Positions 28,721 to 37,857 of a stretch of DNA of 44,314 nucleotides are shown in pieces. Positions within the stretch are counted from its first letter, which is position 1. The number at the start of each line of letters is the position of its first letter. The notes under the pieces were generated by a model. The model saw only the letters and a list, made by a program, of their open reading frames with translations, did not search any database and had not been told where the DNA came from. The position numbers were made by a program, and so were the translations under genes. This DNA comes from an uncultured Enterobacteriaceae bacterium (GTDB taxonomy: Bacteria > Pseudomonadota > Gammaproteobacteria > Burkholderiales > SG8-39): NCBI GenBank assembly GCA_964543155.1, contig CAZIXQ010000003.1, forward strand, positions 1 to 44,314, given 5' to 3'.

Positions 28721-28753
28721 CACGTCCTTCTGGGCGTACCCGCGACCCGGGCA

Positions 28754-28769
28754 GGGGCATTCGTGCCCC
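28754..28769 (+). terminator. Hairpin GGGGCA-TTCG-TGCCCC downstream of the cyclase gene; possible terminator or stabiliser without a U-tract
   Basis: A 6-bp GC stem with a UUCG tetraloop, 34 nt after the stop. No T-run follows. Confidence 0.3.
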
Positions 28770-28840
28770 GGCGCCCTTGCAATCCTGGCGCCGCGGATCC
28801 ATCTTCCGTCGATGCGCGTCGCGCGCGCCTGGAGGGCACG

Positions 28841-29539
28841 ATGATCGAGCTTCGCAGGGCGGCCGAGCGCGGCTACGCCGACCACGGCTGGCTGCGTTCG
28901 TACCACAGCTTCTCGTTCGCCGACTATCACGATCCCGCCCACATGGGCTTCGGTCCGCTGCGCGTGATCAACGAGGACCGCGTGGCGCCCGGCCAGGGCT
29001 TCGGCACGCACGGGCACCGGGACATGGAGATCATCAGCTACGTGCTCGAAGGCGCCCTCGAGCACAAGGACTCGATGGGGAACGGCTCGGTGCTGCGTCC
29101 CGGCGACGTGCAGCGGATGAGCGCGGGGCGGGGCGTGATGCACAGCGAGTTCAACCATTCGCGCGAGGCGCTCGTCCACTTCCTGCAGATCTGGATCGAA
29201 CCCGGCGTGCGCGGCATCGCGCCGGGCTACGAGGAGCGGCACTTCGACGCGGGGTCCAAGCGCGGACGGCTCCGGCTGGTCGCGTCTCCCGACGGCCGGG
29301 AGGGCTCGGTGACGATCCACCAGGACGCATTCGTGTTTGCATCGCTGCTCGATGGGGCGGAGCGGGTGACCCACCGGCTCGCGCCCGGACGCCGGAGTTA
29401 CGTGCACGTGGCGCGCGGGACGCTGGCGGCGAACGGGCAAGCCCTCGGGGCTGGCGATGCGCTGAAGGTCGCCGGGGTCGGCGAGATCGTGCTGGAGCAG
29501 GGCGTCGACGCGGAAGCGCTCGTCTTCGACCTGCCCTGA
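28841..29539 (+). CDS. Pirin-family cupin protein
   Basis: Internal ATG with GGAGGG upstream. HGWLRSYHSFSFADY, FGTHGHRDMEIISYVLEG and HSEFN are pirin signature blocks. Confidence 0.9.
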   Translation: MIELRRAAERGYADHGWLRSYHSFSFADYHDPAHMGFGPLRVINEDRVAPGQGFGTHGHRDMEIISYVLEGALEHKDSMGNGSVLRPGDVQRMSAGRGVMHSEFNHSREALVHFLQIWIEPGVRGIAPGYEERHFDAGSKRGRLRLVASPDGREGSVTIHQDAFVFASLLDGAERVTHRLAPGRRSYVHVARGTLAANGQALGAGDALKVAGVGEIVLEQGVDAEALVFDLP

Positions 29540-29546
29540 CGCGGGC

Positions 29547-29582
29547 CCGGGACGGGGCACATACGGGCGCGCGCCGTCCCGG
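29547..29582 (+). terminator. Hairpin CCGGGACGG-N18-CCGTCCCGG after the pirin gene; weak terminator candidate
   Basis: A 9-bp perfect stem with an 18-nt loop. It is followed by TATCC rather than a T-run. Confidence 0.25.
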
Positions 29583-29615
29583 TATCCTCCGGCATCCTTT
29601 CGCCGTACCTCCCCA

Positions 29616-30767
29616 TTGACCGCCCTGACCGGCCGCGAGGCCGCCCTCCTGCTCGTCGCGTGCCTCACGGTGATGGGCGCGGCGACGATTGCGCCCGCTC
29701 TGCCGCGAATGGCCGACGCGTACCGCGGCGTCGCAGGTGTCGAGCTGGTGACCAAGCTCGTCCTCACCGCTCCCGCGCTCGGCATCGCGCTGTGCGCGCC
29801 GCTGGCCGGGGCGATCATCGACCGCTTTCGACGGCTGACGCTGCTGACGGGAAGCCTCGTGCTCTTCGGCCTCGCCGGCATGGCGGGCTACGTGCTGCAC
29901 GACCTCTACGCCATCCTCGCCAGCCGGTTTGCGCTCGGGGTTGCCATCGCCGGCACGATGACGACGACGACGGCGCTCGTCGGCGACTACTACAGCGGGG
30001 AGGCGCGGGCGCGCTTTGCGGCGCTGCAGACTTTCGCGATGTCGCTCGGCGCCGTCTTCTCGGTCGGCCTCGGCGGACTGCTCGCGGACATCGACTGGCG
30101 CCTGCCTTTCCTCCTCTACCTGAGCGGCTGGGTGGCCCTCGTGCCGGCCCTCGCGTTCCTCACCGAGCCGCCGCACCCGAGCTTGCGCGCGCCCGAGGCG
30201 GGCGACGCGCAGCACCTCGCCCGCGGTCGGGTCGCGGCCGCCTATGCGATCACCCTGTTCGCCGTCGTGATGTTCTACATGACGCCCGTCCAGCTGCCGT
30301 TCCTCGTGCGCGCGATCGGGGTCGAGGCGAGCGCCGCAGCGGGCGCCGCGATCGCCGTCTCGTCGCTCGCTGCGGCCGCGGGATCGGCTGCGTTTCCGCG
30401 CATGCGCCGGTTCAACGGCACGCTCGGCCTCTACGCGTGGGCGATCGCCACGATGTCGGTCGGCTACGGGCTCATCGCGCTGGCCGGCGCCTACTGGGCG
30501 GTGATCGCGGGTGCCGTCGCGTCCGGCTTCGGGGTCGGCCTCTTCTTTCCCAACAGCAGCCTGTGGGTGCTCGCGCTCGCGCCGCCGCGGCTGCGCGGGC
30601 GGCTCGCCGGCGGCCTGACCGCCACCATCTTCCTCGGCCAGTTCGTCTCACCGCTCGCGCTGGAGCCCGTCGTCGCGGCGAGCTCGCTCGCCGGCGCATT
30701 CGGTATCGCGGCGGGGACGATGGCGCTCGCCGCAGCCGGGCTCTTCCTGCTGCGCCGGCACGGCTGA
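29616..30767 (+). CDS. MFS transporter
   Basis: TTG start (first in-frame start). About 12 hydrophobic segments. MFS-like loop GAIIDRFRRL between TM2 and TM3. Confidence 0.8.
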   Translation: MTALTGREAALLLVACLTVMGAATIAPALPRMADAYRGVAGVELVTKLVLTAPALGIALCAPLAGAIIDRFRRLTLLTGSLVLFGLAGMAGYVLHDLYAILASRFALGVAIAGTMTTTTALVGDYYSGEARARFAALQTFAMSLGAVFSVGLGGLLADIDWRLPFLLYLSGWVALVPALAFLTEPPHPSLRAPEAGDAQHLARGRVAAAYAITLFAVVMFYMTPVQLPFLVRAIGVEASAAAGAAIAVSSLAAAAGSAAFPRMRRFNGTLGLYAWAIATMSVGYGLIALAGAYWAVIAGAVASGFGVGLFFPNSSLWVLALAPPRLRGRLAGGLTATIFLGQFVSPLALEPVVAASSLAGAFGIAAGTMALAAAGLFLLRRHG

Positions 30768-30793
30768 CGCCAAGGCCGGCGCCGCCGTCGTCA

Positions 30794-30799
30794 TAGAAT
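30794..30799 (+). promoter_or_regulatory. Candidate sigma70 -10 hexamer TAGAAT placed 6 nt before the purN ATG
   Basis: TAGAATGACGCCATG. The hexamer occupies -12..-7 relative to the A of the start codon. No SD is present. Confidence 0.4.
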
Positions 30800-30805
30800 G
30801 ACGCC

Positions 30806-31423
30806 ATGAGCGTCGTCATTCTCATCTCCGGCCGTGGCAGCAACATGCGTGCCCTGGTCGATGCGGGTCTCCCGGTCGCCGCGGTGATCAGCAACCAGGC
30901 GTCCGCGGCGGGTCTCGCCTACGCGCGCGAGCGCGGCCTCGCGACCGCCGTCGTCGGGCACACCGGGTTCGCAAGCCGCGACGCGTTCGACGCGGCGCTC
31001 GCCGCGGAAATCGATCGGTTTCGCCCGCGGCTGGTCGCGCTCGCCGGCTTCATGCGCATTCTCGCGCCGGCCTTCGTGCGGCGCTACGAAGGGCGTCTCC
31101 TGAACATCCATCCTTCGCTGCTGCCGGCGTTCCCCGGGCTGCACACTCATGCGCGCGCGCTCGCGGCCGGCGTGAAGGTGCACGGCGCGACGGTGCACTT
31201 CGTGACGCCCGAGCTCGATCACGGGCCGATCGTGATTCAGGCGGCGGTGCCGGTGCGGCCCGGCGACGACGAGGACACGCTCGCCGCGCGCGTGCTCGCG
31301 CAGGAGCACCGCATCTATCCGCAGGCAGTCGCCTGGTTCCTCGGCGGCCGGCTCGTCCTCGAGGCAGGACGCGTGCGCGTCGCCGACCCCGACGCCCGCC
31401 AGTTCCTTTTCGACGACGCATGA
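30806..31423 (+). CDS. purN: Phosphoribosylglycinamide formyltransferase
   Basis: MSVVILISGRGSNMRAL, NIHPSLLPAFPG and HGATVHFVTPELDHGPI are PurN signatures. Confidence 0.95.
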   Translation: MSVVILISGRGSNMRALVDAGLPVAAVISNQASAAGLAYARERGLATAVVGHTGFASRDAFDAALAAEIDRFRPRLVALAGFMRILAPAFVRRYEGRLLNIHPSLLPAFPGLHTHARALAAGVKVHGATVHFVTPELDHGPIVIQAAVPVRPGDDEDTLAARVLAQEHRIYPQAVAWFLGGRLVLEAGRVRVADPDARQFLFDDA

Positions 31424-31460
31424 ACCGGCCCGCTGCGCCGCGCATCGCGAGCGATCCGCG

Positions 31461-32738
31461 ATGCGCCTGAGCCCTGCGCTCGTCGACGCCTACGTCGAGG
31501 CGGCCGCGGCGGTCCTGCGGTTCGAGCGCCCCGCGGATGCGGTGCTGTCGTCGTTCTTCCGCGCGCATCCGAAGCTCGGCGTGCACGACCGGGGCTTCGT
31601 CGCCGACTCGGTGTATGCGCTGCTCCGGCGCCGGAGCCTGCTCGAGTTTGCACTGGGCGAGATCGGGGTCCGGCGTCCCGGCGCGCGCACGCTCGCCCTT
31701 GCGTCGCTCGTGCGCGTTTCGGGCCTCAACCTGCGCGAGGTCGCCGGTGCCACGCCCGGGGAGATCGCCCGACTCGAGGCCGTCAAGGGCGCGGCGCGCG
31801 GCGCGCTCCCGCTCGCGGTCGATTGCGACCTGCCGGACTGGGTCGTCGAGCGCGTGCTGCCGGTACTCGGCGAAGCGGGCCTGCGCAGCCTGGCCCATGC
31901 GCTTGCACAGCCCGCACCGCTCGATCTCCGCGTGAACCTGGCGGCAATCGGCCGCGACGAGGCCGCCGAAGCGCTGGCCGCGGACGGTATCGCCGCGCAG
32001 CCGACGCCGTACTCGCCCGCGGGACTCCGGGTCGCCGGCAAGCCGGCGCTGGCGCGGAACCGACTGTTCACCGCCGGCGCGATCGAGGTGCAGGACGAGG
32101 GCAGCCAGCTGCTGTGCTACCTGCTGGGACCGCGGCGCGGCGAGATGGTCGTCGACTTCTGCGCCGGCGCCGGCGGCAAGTCCCTCGCGCTCGGGGCGCT
32201 CATGCGCTCGACCGGTCGGATCTACGCCTTCGACGTGTCCGAGCGCCGGCTCGCGAAGCTCGCGCCGCGGCTCGCGCGCTCGGGGCTCTCGAACGTCCAT
32301 CCGCAGCGGATCGAGTCGGAGCGCGATCCCAGGATCAAGCGGCTGGGCGGCAAGATCGACCGTGTCCTGGTTGACGCGCCGTGCACCGGCCTCGGAACCG
32401 TGCGGCGCAATCCGGACCTGAAATGGCGACAGGGCGAGCAGGCGCTGGCCGAACTCGCCGCGAAGCAGGCGGCGATTCTCGCTGCCGCGGCGGCGCTCGT
32501 GAAGCGCGGGGGGCGGCTCCTCTATGCGACGTGCAGCATCCTCGCCGAGGAGAATGAGCGGGTGGCGCAGGGCTTTCTTGCCGCGCACCCGGACTTCACC
32601 CTCGTGCCGCCGGCGGTCGCGCTGGCCAACGCACGCATCGAGTTGCCGGACCACGGCCCCGCGGACCGGTTCCTCCGGCTCCGTCCGGACGTCCACGGGA
32701 CCGACGCGTTCTTCGGCGCGTTGATGGAGCGGACTTGA
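31461..32738 (+). CDS. RsmB/NOP2/Sun-family SAM-dependent RNA (m5C) methyltransferase with NusB-like N-domain
   Basis: VDFCAGAGGKS (SAM loop), DRVLVDAPCTGLGTVRRNPDLKW and LLYATCSI (the two catalytic Cys motifs). Confidence 0.88.
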   Translation: MRLSPALVDAYVEAAAAVLRFERPADAVLSSFFRAHPKLGVHDRGFVADSVYALLRRRSLLEFALGEIGVRRPGARTLALASLVRVSGLNLREVAGATPGEIARLEAVKGAARGALPLAVDCDLPDWVVERVLPVLGEAGLRSLAHALAQPAPLDLRVNLAAIGRDEAAEALAADGIAAQPTPYSPAGLRVAGKPALARNRLFTAGAIEVQDEGSQLLCYLLGPRRGEMVVDFCAGAGGKSLALGALMRSTGRIYAFDVSERRLAKLAPRLARSGLSNVHPQRIESERDPRIKRLGGKIDRVLVDAPCTGLGTVRRNPDLKWRQGEQALAELAAKQAAILAAAAALVKRGGRLLYATCSILAEENERVAQGFLAAHPDFTLVPPAVALANARIELPDHGPADRFLRLRPDVHGTDAFFGALMERT

Positions 32739-32775
32739 GCGCGGTGTGCGCGAAGCTACCGGCAGGGAGAGCGAT

Positions 32776-34095
32776 ATGAACGGCGAGTTCGAGGGACTCT
32801 GGCGCAAGGCATGGGCGGATCTGCACGATCCGGCGGTGCTGTGGCAGATCGGCGCGATCGCGGCATGCCTGCTGGGCGCCTGGGCAGCCGACCGCGCGTT
32901 CAGCCGGCGCGTGCCGTCCGTGCCCACCTCCCGCGGCGTGGAGGTGGGGCTGGGCGGGATGCGCCGGATCGTCTTTCCCGTCGTTGCACTGCTGCTGGTG
33001 GTGCTCGCGCGCGCCGCGCTGAAGCCCTACCTGTCCGTGTCGCTGCTCGACCTCGCGGTCCCGCTGCTCGGGGCGCTTGCGATCGTGCGCAGCGTCGTCT
33101 ACCTGCTGCGCGTGGCGATGGGGCGCGGCAGCATGATCGCGGCGTTCGAGCGCGCGATCGCGGTGACCGTCTGGGGGGCATTCGCCCTCTACATCCTCGG
33201 TGTGCTGCCGCGGGTGGTGGAGGCGCTCGAGTCGATCGCGATTCCGGTGGGACGCGGGCGCGTCTCGGTCTGGGACCTCAGCTGGGGAATCTTCGGCGTC
33301 GCGCTGACGATCCTCGCTGCGCTCTGGGTCGGCGGGCTGATCGAAGCGCGCCTCATGCACGCGGTGGGGATCCACGCGAATGTCCGCGTCGCGCTAGCGC
33401 GCCTGGTCAAGTCGCTGCTCGTGTTCCTCGCGGTCGTCGTCGCGTTGCCGCTGGTCGGGCTCGACCTCACGCTGCTCTCGGTGTTCGGCGGAGCGCTCGG
33501 CGTCGGGCTCGGTTTCGGCCTGCAGAAGATCGCGAGCAACTACGTGAGCGGGTTCATCGTGCTCCTCGACCGTTCGATCCGGCTCGGCGACGTGATCACG
33601 GCGGACAACTTCTACGGCGTCGTCAAGGAGATGACGACCCGCTATACCGTGGTCAGGGCCCTCGATGGCCGCGAGGCGATCATCCCGAACGAAGCGCTCA
33701 TCACCTCGACGGTGCTCAATCACTCCTACACCGATCGCCGGGCGCGCGTTCCGATCCAGCTGCAGGTCGCGTACGGCACCGATGTGGAGCCGGTCCTGCG
33801 GCTGTGCGAGGAGGTGGCGCGCCGGCATCCCCGCGTGCTCGACGATCCGGCGCCGTTCGCGATGCTCAACGGCTTCGGCGACAACGGGCTGAATCTCGAG
33901 CTCGGCTTCTGGATCGGCGATCCGGAGATGGGGACCGGGGGCGTCCGGTCCGACATCGCGCTCGGGTTGCTCGCGGCCTTCCGCGAGCGCGGGATCGAGA
34001 TCCCGTATCCGCAGCGCGACGTGCGCATTCTGACCGGCGCGGTGCGTGAAACGGCCACCGCCGGCACCCCGGGGGCGGCGTCCGGCACGGGCTAA
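32776..34095 (+). CDS. Mechanosensitive ion channel, MscS family
   Basis: ATG with AGGGAGAG 5 nt upstream. Several N-terminal TMs, then LSVFGGALGVGLGFGLQKIASNYVSGFIVLLDRSIRLGDVI, the MscS pore helix and beta domain. Confidence 0.88.
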   Translation: MNGEFEGLWRKAWADLHDPAVLWQIGAIAACLLGAWAADRAFSRRVPSVPTSRGVEVGLGGMRRIVFPVVALLLVVLARAALKPYLSVSLLDLAVPLLGALAIVRSVVYLLRVAMGRGSMIAAFERAIAVTVWGAFALYILGVLPRVVEALESIAIPVGRGRVSVWDLSWGIFGVALTILAALWVGGLIEARLMHAVGIHANVRVALARLVKSLLVFLAVVVALPLVGLDLTLLSVFGGALGVGLGFGLQKIASNYVSGFIVLLDRSIRLGDVITADNFYGVVKEMTTRYTVVRALDGREAIIPNEALITSTVLNHSYTDRRARVPIQLQVAYGTDVEPVLRLCEEVARRHPRVLDDPAPFAMLNGFGDNGLNLELGFWIGDPEMGTGGVRSDIALGLLAAFRERGIEIPYPQRDVRILTGAVRETATAGTPGAASGTG

Positions 34096-34110
34096 GTCCT
34101 CGATTTGCCG

Positions 34111-34116
34111 TAGAAT
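34111..34116 (+). promoter_or_regulatory. Candidate sigma70 -10 hexamer TAGAAT (within TAGAATCCGGC) upstream of the desaturase gene
   Basis: An isolated AT-rich hexamer 52 nt before ATG 34169, 15 nt after the mscS-family stop. Confidence 0.45.
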
Positions 34117-34168
34117 CCGGCCCGCGGAGCCGTTTCCGCGCCAACCAGAACGAGATACCCTCATCTAC

Positions 34169-35359
34169 ATGGACATCGCCTCCTGGCTCTTCGCTGGCCT
34201 GATCGACCTGCCCTGGTGGGGCTGCGTGCTCGTGGCGCTCGCGCTGACCCACGTCACCATTGCCGCGGTCACGATCTTTCTGCACCGGTGCCAGGCGCAC
34301 CGTGCGCTCGACCTGCACCCGATCCCGGCGCACTTCTTCCGGTTCTGGCTGTGGCTCACGACCGGAATGGTCACCAAGGAATGGGCGGCGATTCACCGCA
34401 AGCATCACGCCAAGTGCGAAACCGCCGAGGACCCGCACAGCCCGCAGATCTACGGCATCAACCGGGTGCTCTGGGGCGGCGTGTTCCTCTACGTGAAGGA
34501 ATCGCGCAACCGCGAGACCATGGACCGCTATGGCCACGGCACGCCGGACGACTGGATCGAGCGCAACCTCTATTCGCGTTTCACGCTCTCCGGCCTCACG
34601 GTCATGGGGATGGTCGACATCGCGCTCTTCGGCCTCGTTCCCGGCGCGCTGATCCTGGTGACGCAGATCGCATGGATCCCGTTCTGGGCCGCAGGGGTCA
34701 TCAACGGCATCGGCCACTTCTGGGGCTATCGGAACTGGCAGACAGGCGACGCCAGCACCAACATCGTCCCATTGGGCATCCTGATCGGCGGCGAGGAGCT
34801 GCACAACAACCACCACGCGTTCGCCTCGTCGGCCAAGCTCTCGAACAAGTGGTACGAGTTCGATCTCGGCTGGGCGTACATCCGGATCCTCGAGACGCTC
34901 GGCTTCGCACACGTCAAGAAGACGCCTCCGCGCCTGCGAGTCGGCGCAGTGAAGCCGGCGATCGACATGGAGACCTTGCACGCCGTGATCGCAAACCGGT
35001 ACGAAGTGCTCGCGAAGTACGCGGCCTCGCTGAAGGCCACCTACGCGGAAGAGCTCGCGCGCCTGAAGTCGCGGGCGCCCCACGACGCCGAGGTGCTCAA
35101 GCGCGTGCGCCGCTGGCTCACTTGGGACGACCGGAAGCTCGCCGGGACCGAGCGGGCGGCGCTGGAGGAGAGCCTCGCGAAGAGCTCGGCGCTGCAGACC
35201 GCCTACCGGATGCGCGCGGAGCTCGCGGCCCTCTGGAACCGGTCGAGTGCGACGCGCGAGCAGCTCGTCGCCCAGCTGCAGGACTGGTGTCACCGTGCCG
35301 AGACGAGCGGGATCGGGCCGCTGCGCGACTTCTCGATGCGCCTGCGCAGCTTCGCCTGA
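34169..35359 (+). CDS. desA: Membrane fatty-acid (acyl-lipid/acyl-CoA delta-9 type) desaturase
   Basis: Internal ATG of track ORF 34046..35359. Three histidine boxes: HRCQAH, HRKHH, HNNHH. About 396 aa, like Pseudomonas DesA. Confidence 0.85.
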   Translation: MDIASWLFAGLIDLPWWGCVLVALALTHVTIAAVTIFLHRCQAHRALDLHPIPAHFFRFWLWLTTGMVTKEWAAIHRKHHAKCETAEDPHSPQIYGINRVLWGGVFLYVKESRNRETMDRYGHGTPDDWIERNLYSRFTLSGLTVMGMVDIALFGLVPGALILVTQIAWIPFWAAGVINGIGHFWGYRNWQTGDASTNIVPLGILIGGEELHNNHHAFASSAKLSNKWYEFDLGWAYIRILETLGFAHVKKTPPRLRVGAVKPAIDMETLHAVIANRYEVLAKYAASLKATYAEELARLKSRAPHDAEVLKRVRRWLTWDDRKLAGTERAALEESLAKSSALQTAYRMRAELAALWNRSSATREQLVAQLQDWCHRAETSGIGPLRDFSMRLRSFA

Positions 35360-35375
35360 GCCGCCCTGCGGCAAC

Positions 35376-35404
35376 AAAAAAACCCGCCAGCCGGCGGGTT
35401 TTTT
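35376..35404. terminator. Bidirectional rho-independent terminator between desA (+) and rpmG (-)
   Basis: AAAAAAA-CCCGCC-AGCC-GGCGGG-TTTTTT, symmetric with a U-tract on both strands. Confidence 0.9.
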
Positions 35405-35422
35405 GTCGGCCGTGAGGCCGGG

Positions 35423-35578
35423 CTACTTGAGCTTCGTCTCCTTGTAGAGGACGTGCTTGCGCGCCTTCGGGTCGTACTTCTTGATCTCGATCTTGTCCGG
35501 GGTGGTCCGCTTGTTCTTCGTGGTCGTGTAGAAGTGACCGGTTCCGGCGGTCGACTCGAGCTTGATCTTCTCGCGCAT
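35423..35578 (-). CDS. rpmG: 50S ribosomal protein L33
   Basis: Not in the ORF track (51 aa). My translation is [60 protein letters not shown] lies upstream. Confidence 0.95.
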   Translation of the reverse strand: MREKIKLESTAGTGHFYTTTKNKRTTPDKIEIKKYDPKARKHVLYKETKLK

Positions 35579-35592
35579 CGCTCAGCCCCTTC

Positions 35593-35826
35593 CTAGAGTT
35601 CGCCCCTGGCCCGGAGGTCGGCCAGCACCGCCTCGATGCCCCGCTTGTCGATGAGCCGCAGCCCTGCGTTCGAGACGCGCAGGCGCACCCAGCGCTTCTC
35701 GCCTTCTAGCCAGAAGCGGCGCGACTGCAGGTTCGGCAGGAACCGGCGCTTGGTCTTGTTGTTCGCATGGGACACGTGGTGCCCCGTCTGCGGCTTCTTG
35801 CCGGTAATTTGGCAAACGCGCGCCAT
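35593..35826 (-). CDS. rpmB: 50S ribosomal protein L28
   Basis: Internal ATG of track ORF 35593..35886. [41 protein letters not shown] lies upstream. Confidence 0.95.
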   Translation of the reverse strand: MARVCQITGKKPQTGHHVSHANNKTKRRFLPNLQSRRFWLEGEKRWVRLRVSNAGLRLIDKRGIEAVLADLRARGEL

Positions 35827-35857
35827 GGGAGTCGCTCCAGAATCGGGAAAGCCGCGG

Positions 35858-35886
35858 ATTATAGGCAGAAATCGGCTTCGGCTCAA
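35858..35886 (-). promoter_or_regulatory. Sigma70 promoter of rpmB-rpmG (TTGAGC-17 nt-TATAAT)
   Basis: The minus strand reads TTGAGC (35886-35881), a 17-nt spacer, then a perfect TATAAT (35863-35858), about 30 nt upstream of the rpmB ATG. Confidence 0.7.
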
Positions 35887-35904
35887 CCGCTTCCCTTCGA
35901 CATC

Positions 35905-36579
35905 CTAGAGCAGCCCGCGCTCCGCGAAGGAAAAGGTCGCCCCGCGCCCAACCACGAAATGGTCGAGCACCTTCACGTCAACGAGGTCCAGGGCCCGCCT
36001 GAGCGTCTCGGTCAGAAGCTGATCGGCCTGGCTCGGCTCCGCGAGCCCGGAGGGGTGGTTGTGCGCGAAGATCACGGCCGCGGCGTTGTGTCGCAACGCG
36101 TCCTTGACGACCTCCCGCGGGAACACGCTCGTCTGGGTCAGGGTGCCCGAGAAGAGCTCCTGCATCTTCAGGACCCGGTGCTGTGCGTCGAGCCAGACGG
36201 CAACGAAGACCTCGTTGGGTCGATGCGCCAGGCTGAACTGGAGGTAACTGCGGACCGCCTGGGGCGAGGAGAGCACGTCACCCGCGAGCGCGGTCTCCGC
36301 GAGCCCGCGCCGGGCGAGCTCGTATGCGGCGCGAAGCTGTGCGCACTTGGCGGCACCGATGCCCGGGGTCGCGGCGAGCTCGCGCGCCTCGGCCGCGAAC
36401 AGCGCGTTGAGCGAGCCGTGGCGATCGAGCATGTCCCGGCCTAGGTCGACCGCGCTCCTGCCGCGCACCCCGGTGCGCAGGAATATCGCGAGCAGCTCTG
36501 CGTCTGACAGGGCGGCGGCGCCCCGGGCAAGCAGCTTCTCGCGCGGGCGCTCGCCTTCCGGCCAGTCGGTGATCGGCAC
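35905..36579 (-). CDS. radC: RadC-family JAB/MPN-domain protein (UPF0758)
   Basis: GTG start. [28 protein letters not shown], and the JAMM motif HNHPSG...PS.AD. Conserved position upstream of rpmB-rpmG. Confidence 0.9.
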   Translation of the reverse strand: MPITDWPEGERPREKLLARGAAALSDAELLAIFLRTGVRGRSAVDLGRDMLDRHGSLNALFAAEARELAATPGIGAAKCAQLRAAYELARRGLAETALAGDVLSSPQAVRSYLQFSLAHRPNEVFVAVWLDAQHRVLKMQELFSGTLTQTSVFPREVVKDALRHNAAAVIFAHNHPSGLAEPSQADQLLTETLRRALDLVDVKVLDHFVVGRGATFSFAERGLL

Positions 36580-36599
36580 GGGTCACCCTCTCGATCGCG

Positions 36600-36605
36600 T
36601 AGAAT
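36600..36605 (+). promoter_or_regulatory. Candidate sigma70 -10 hexamer TAGAAT upstream of coaBC
   Basis: An isolated AT-rich hexamer in the 63-nt radC/coaBC divergent gap, 37 nt before GTG 36643. Confidence 0.45.
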
Positions 36606-36642
36606 CAGTCCGACCTAACGCGCGACTTCGAATGCGGCTGAC

Positions 36643-37815
36643 GTGAAGGGAAAACGCATCCTCCTCGGGCTGACCGGGGGAATTGCGGCCTACAAGGCCG
36701 CCGAGCTGTGCCGCCTGCTCGTCAGGTCCGGCGCTGACGTGCGCGTCGTCATGACCGAGGCCGCCTGCCGCTTCGTCACGCCGGTGACCCTGCAGGCGCT
36801 GTCCGGCCAGGCCGTCTCCACGGACATGTGGGACGCTCGCATCCCCGACAACATGGCCCACATCGAGCTTTCGCGCGACCGCGACGTGATCGTCGTCGCG
36901 CCGGCCACCGCGGACTTCCTCGCCAAGGTCGCGAACGGGCTCTGCGACGATCTGCTCTCCACGCTCTGCCTCGCGCGCGAGTGTCCCCTCGTGGTCGCGC
37001 CGGCGATGAACCGGCAGATGTGGGACAACCCGGCAACGCGCCGCAATGTCGAGACGCTGCGCGCGGACGGAATCGTGATCCTCGGGCCGGCAGCGGGCGA
37101 CCAGGCGTGCGGCGAGACCGGGATGGGCCGGATGCTGGAGCCGGCGGAGATCTTCGCCGGGGTTGCGGCCGAGCTCGGGCCGAAACCGCTGGCGGGCAAG
37201 CGCGTCCTCGTGACGGCGGGGCCCACGTTCGAGCCGATCGACACGGTGCGCGGCATCACCAACCTCAGCTCGGGCAAGATGGGCTTCGCGGTGGCGCAGG
37301 CGGCGGCGGAGGCCGGTGCCGAGGTGACGATGGTTGCCGGACCGACGCAGCTCGCGACACCGCCGGGCGTCGCGCGAGTGGACGTCACGACCGCGCGCGA
37401 GATGTTCGACGCGACGATGTCGCGGGCGCGCGACGCGAGCGTGTTCATCGGTGTCGCGGCGGTGGCCGACTACCACGTCGTGCAGCCCAAGGGCCACAAG
37501 ATGAAGAAGGGGGACGGCCCGCCGCGCTTCGAACTGGCCGAAAACCCGGACATCCTTGCCGCCGTGGCGGCGCTCGACAAGCCGCCGTTCTGCGTGGGTT
37601 TCGCCGCCGAGACCGAGAACCTGGTCGAGTACGCCCAGGCCAAGCGGAGGAAGAAGCGGATCCCGCTCCTCGCCGCGAATCTCGCCCACACCGCGTTCGG
37701 TCGCGACGACAACGCGCTCACCCTGTTCGACGACGCCGGCGAGCACGTCCTCGAGCGGGCGCCGAAGATCGTGCTCGCGCGCCGGCTCGTGGCCCACATC
37801 GCGCGGCTGCTCTAG
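36643..37815 (+). CDS. coaBC: Bifunctional phosphopantothenoylcysteine decarboxylase / phosphopantothenate-cysteine ligase
   Basis: GTG start. KRILLGLTGGIAAYK (flavoprotein domain), PAMNRQMW, and GPTFEPIDTVRGITNLSSGKMG (CoaB). Confidence 0.95.
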   Translation: MKGKRILLGLTGGIAAYKAAELCRLLVRSGADVRVVMTEAACRFVTPVTLQALSGQAVSTDMWDARIPDNMAHIELSRDRDVIVVAPATADFLAKVANGLCDDLLSTLCLARECPLVVAPAMNRQMWDNPATRRNVETLRADGIVILGPAAGDQACGETGMGRMLEPAEIFAGVAAELGPKPLAGKRVLVTAGPTFEPIDTVRGITNLSSGKMGFAVAQAAAEAGAEVTMVAGPTQLATPPGVARVDVTTAREMFDATMSRARDASVFIGVAAVADYHVVQPKGHKMKKGDGPPRFELAENPDILAAVAALDKPPFCVGFAAETENLVEYAQAKRRKKRIPLLAANLAHTAFGRDDNALTLFDDAGEHVLERAPKIVLARRLVAHIARLL

Positions 37816-37857
37816 GGCGCGCGGGACCGCACCACCCGCTCCGGCCGGCTCGCGCCC

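Noticed and set aside
26233-29881. 1128-aa plus-strand and 935-aa minus-strand ORFs over the diguanylate cyclase, pirin and MFS genes
   Set aside because: They are low-complexity Arg/Gly/Ala/Pro translations that run across three independently well-supported genes. This is a GC-composition artefact.
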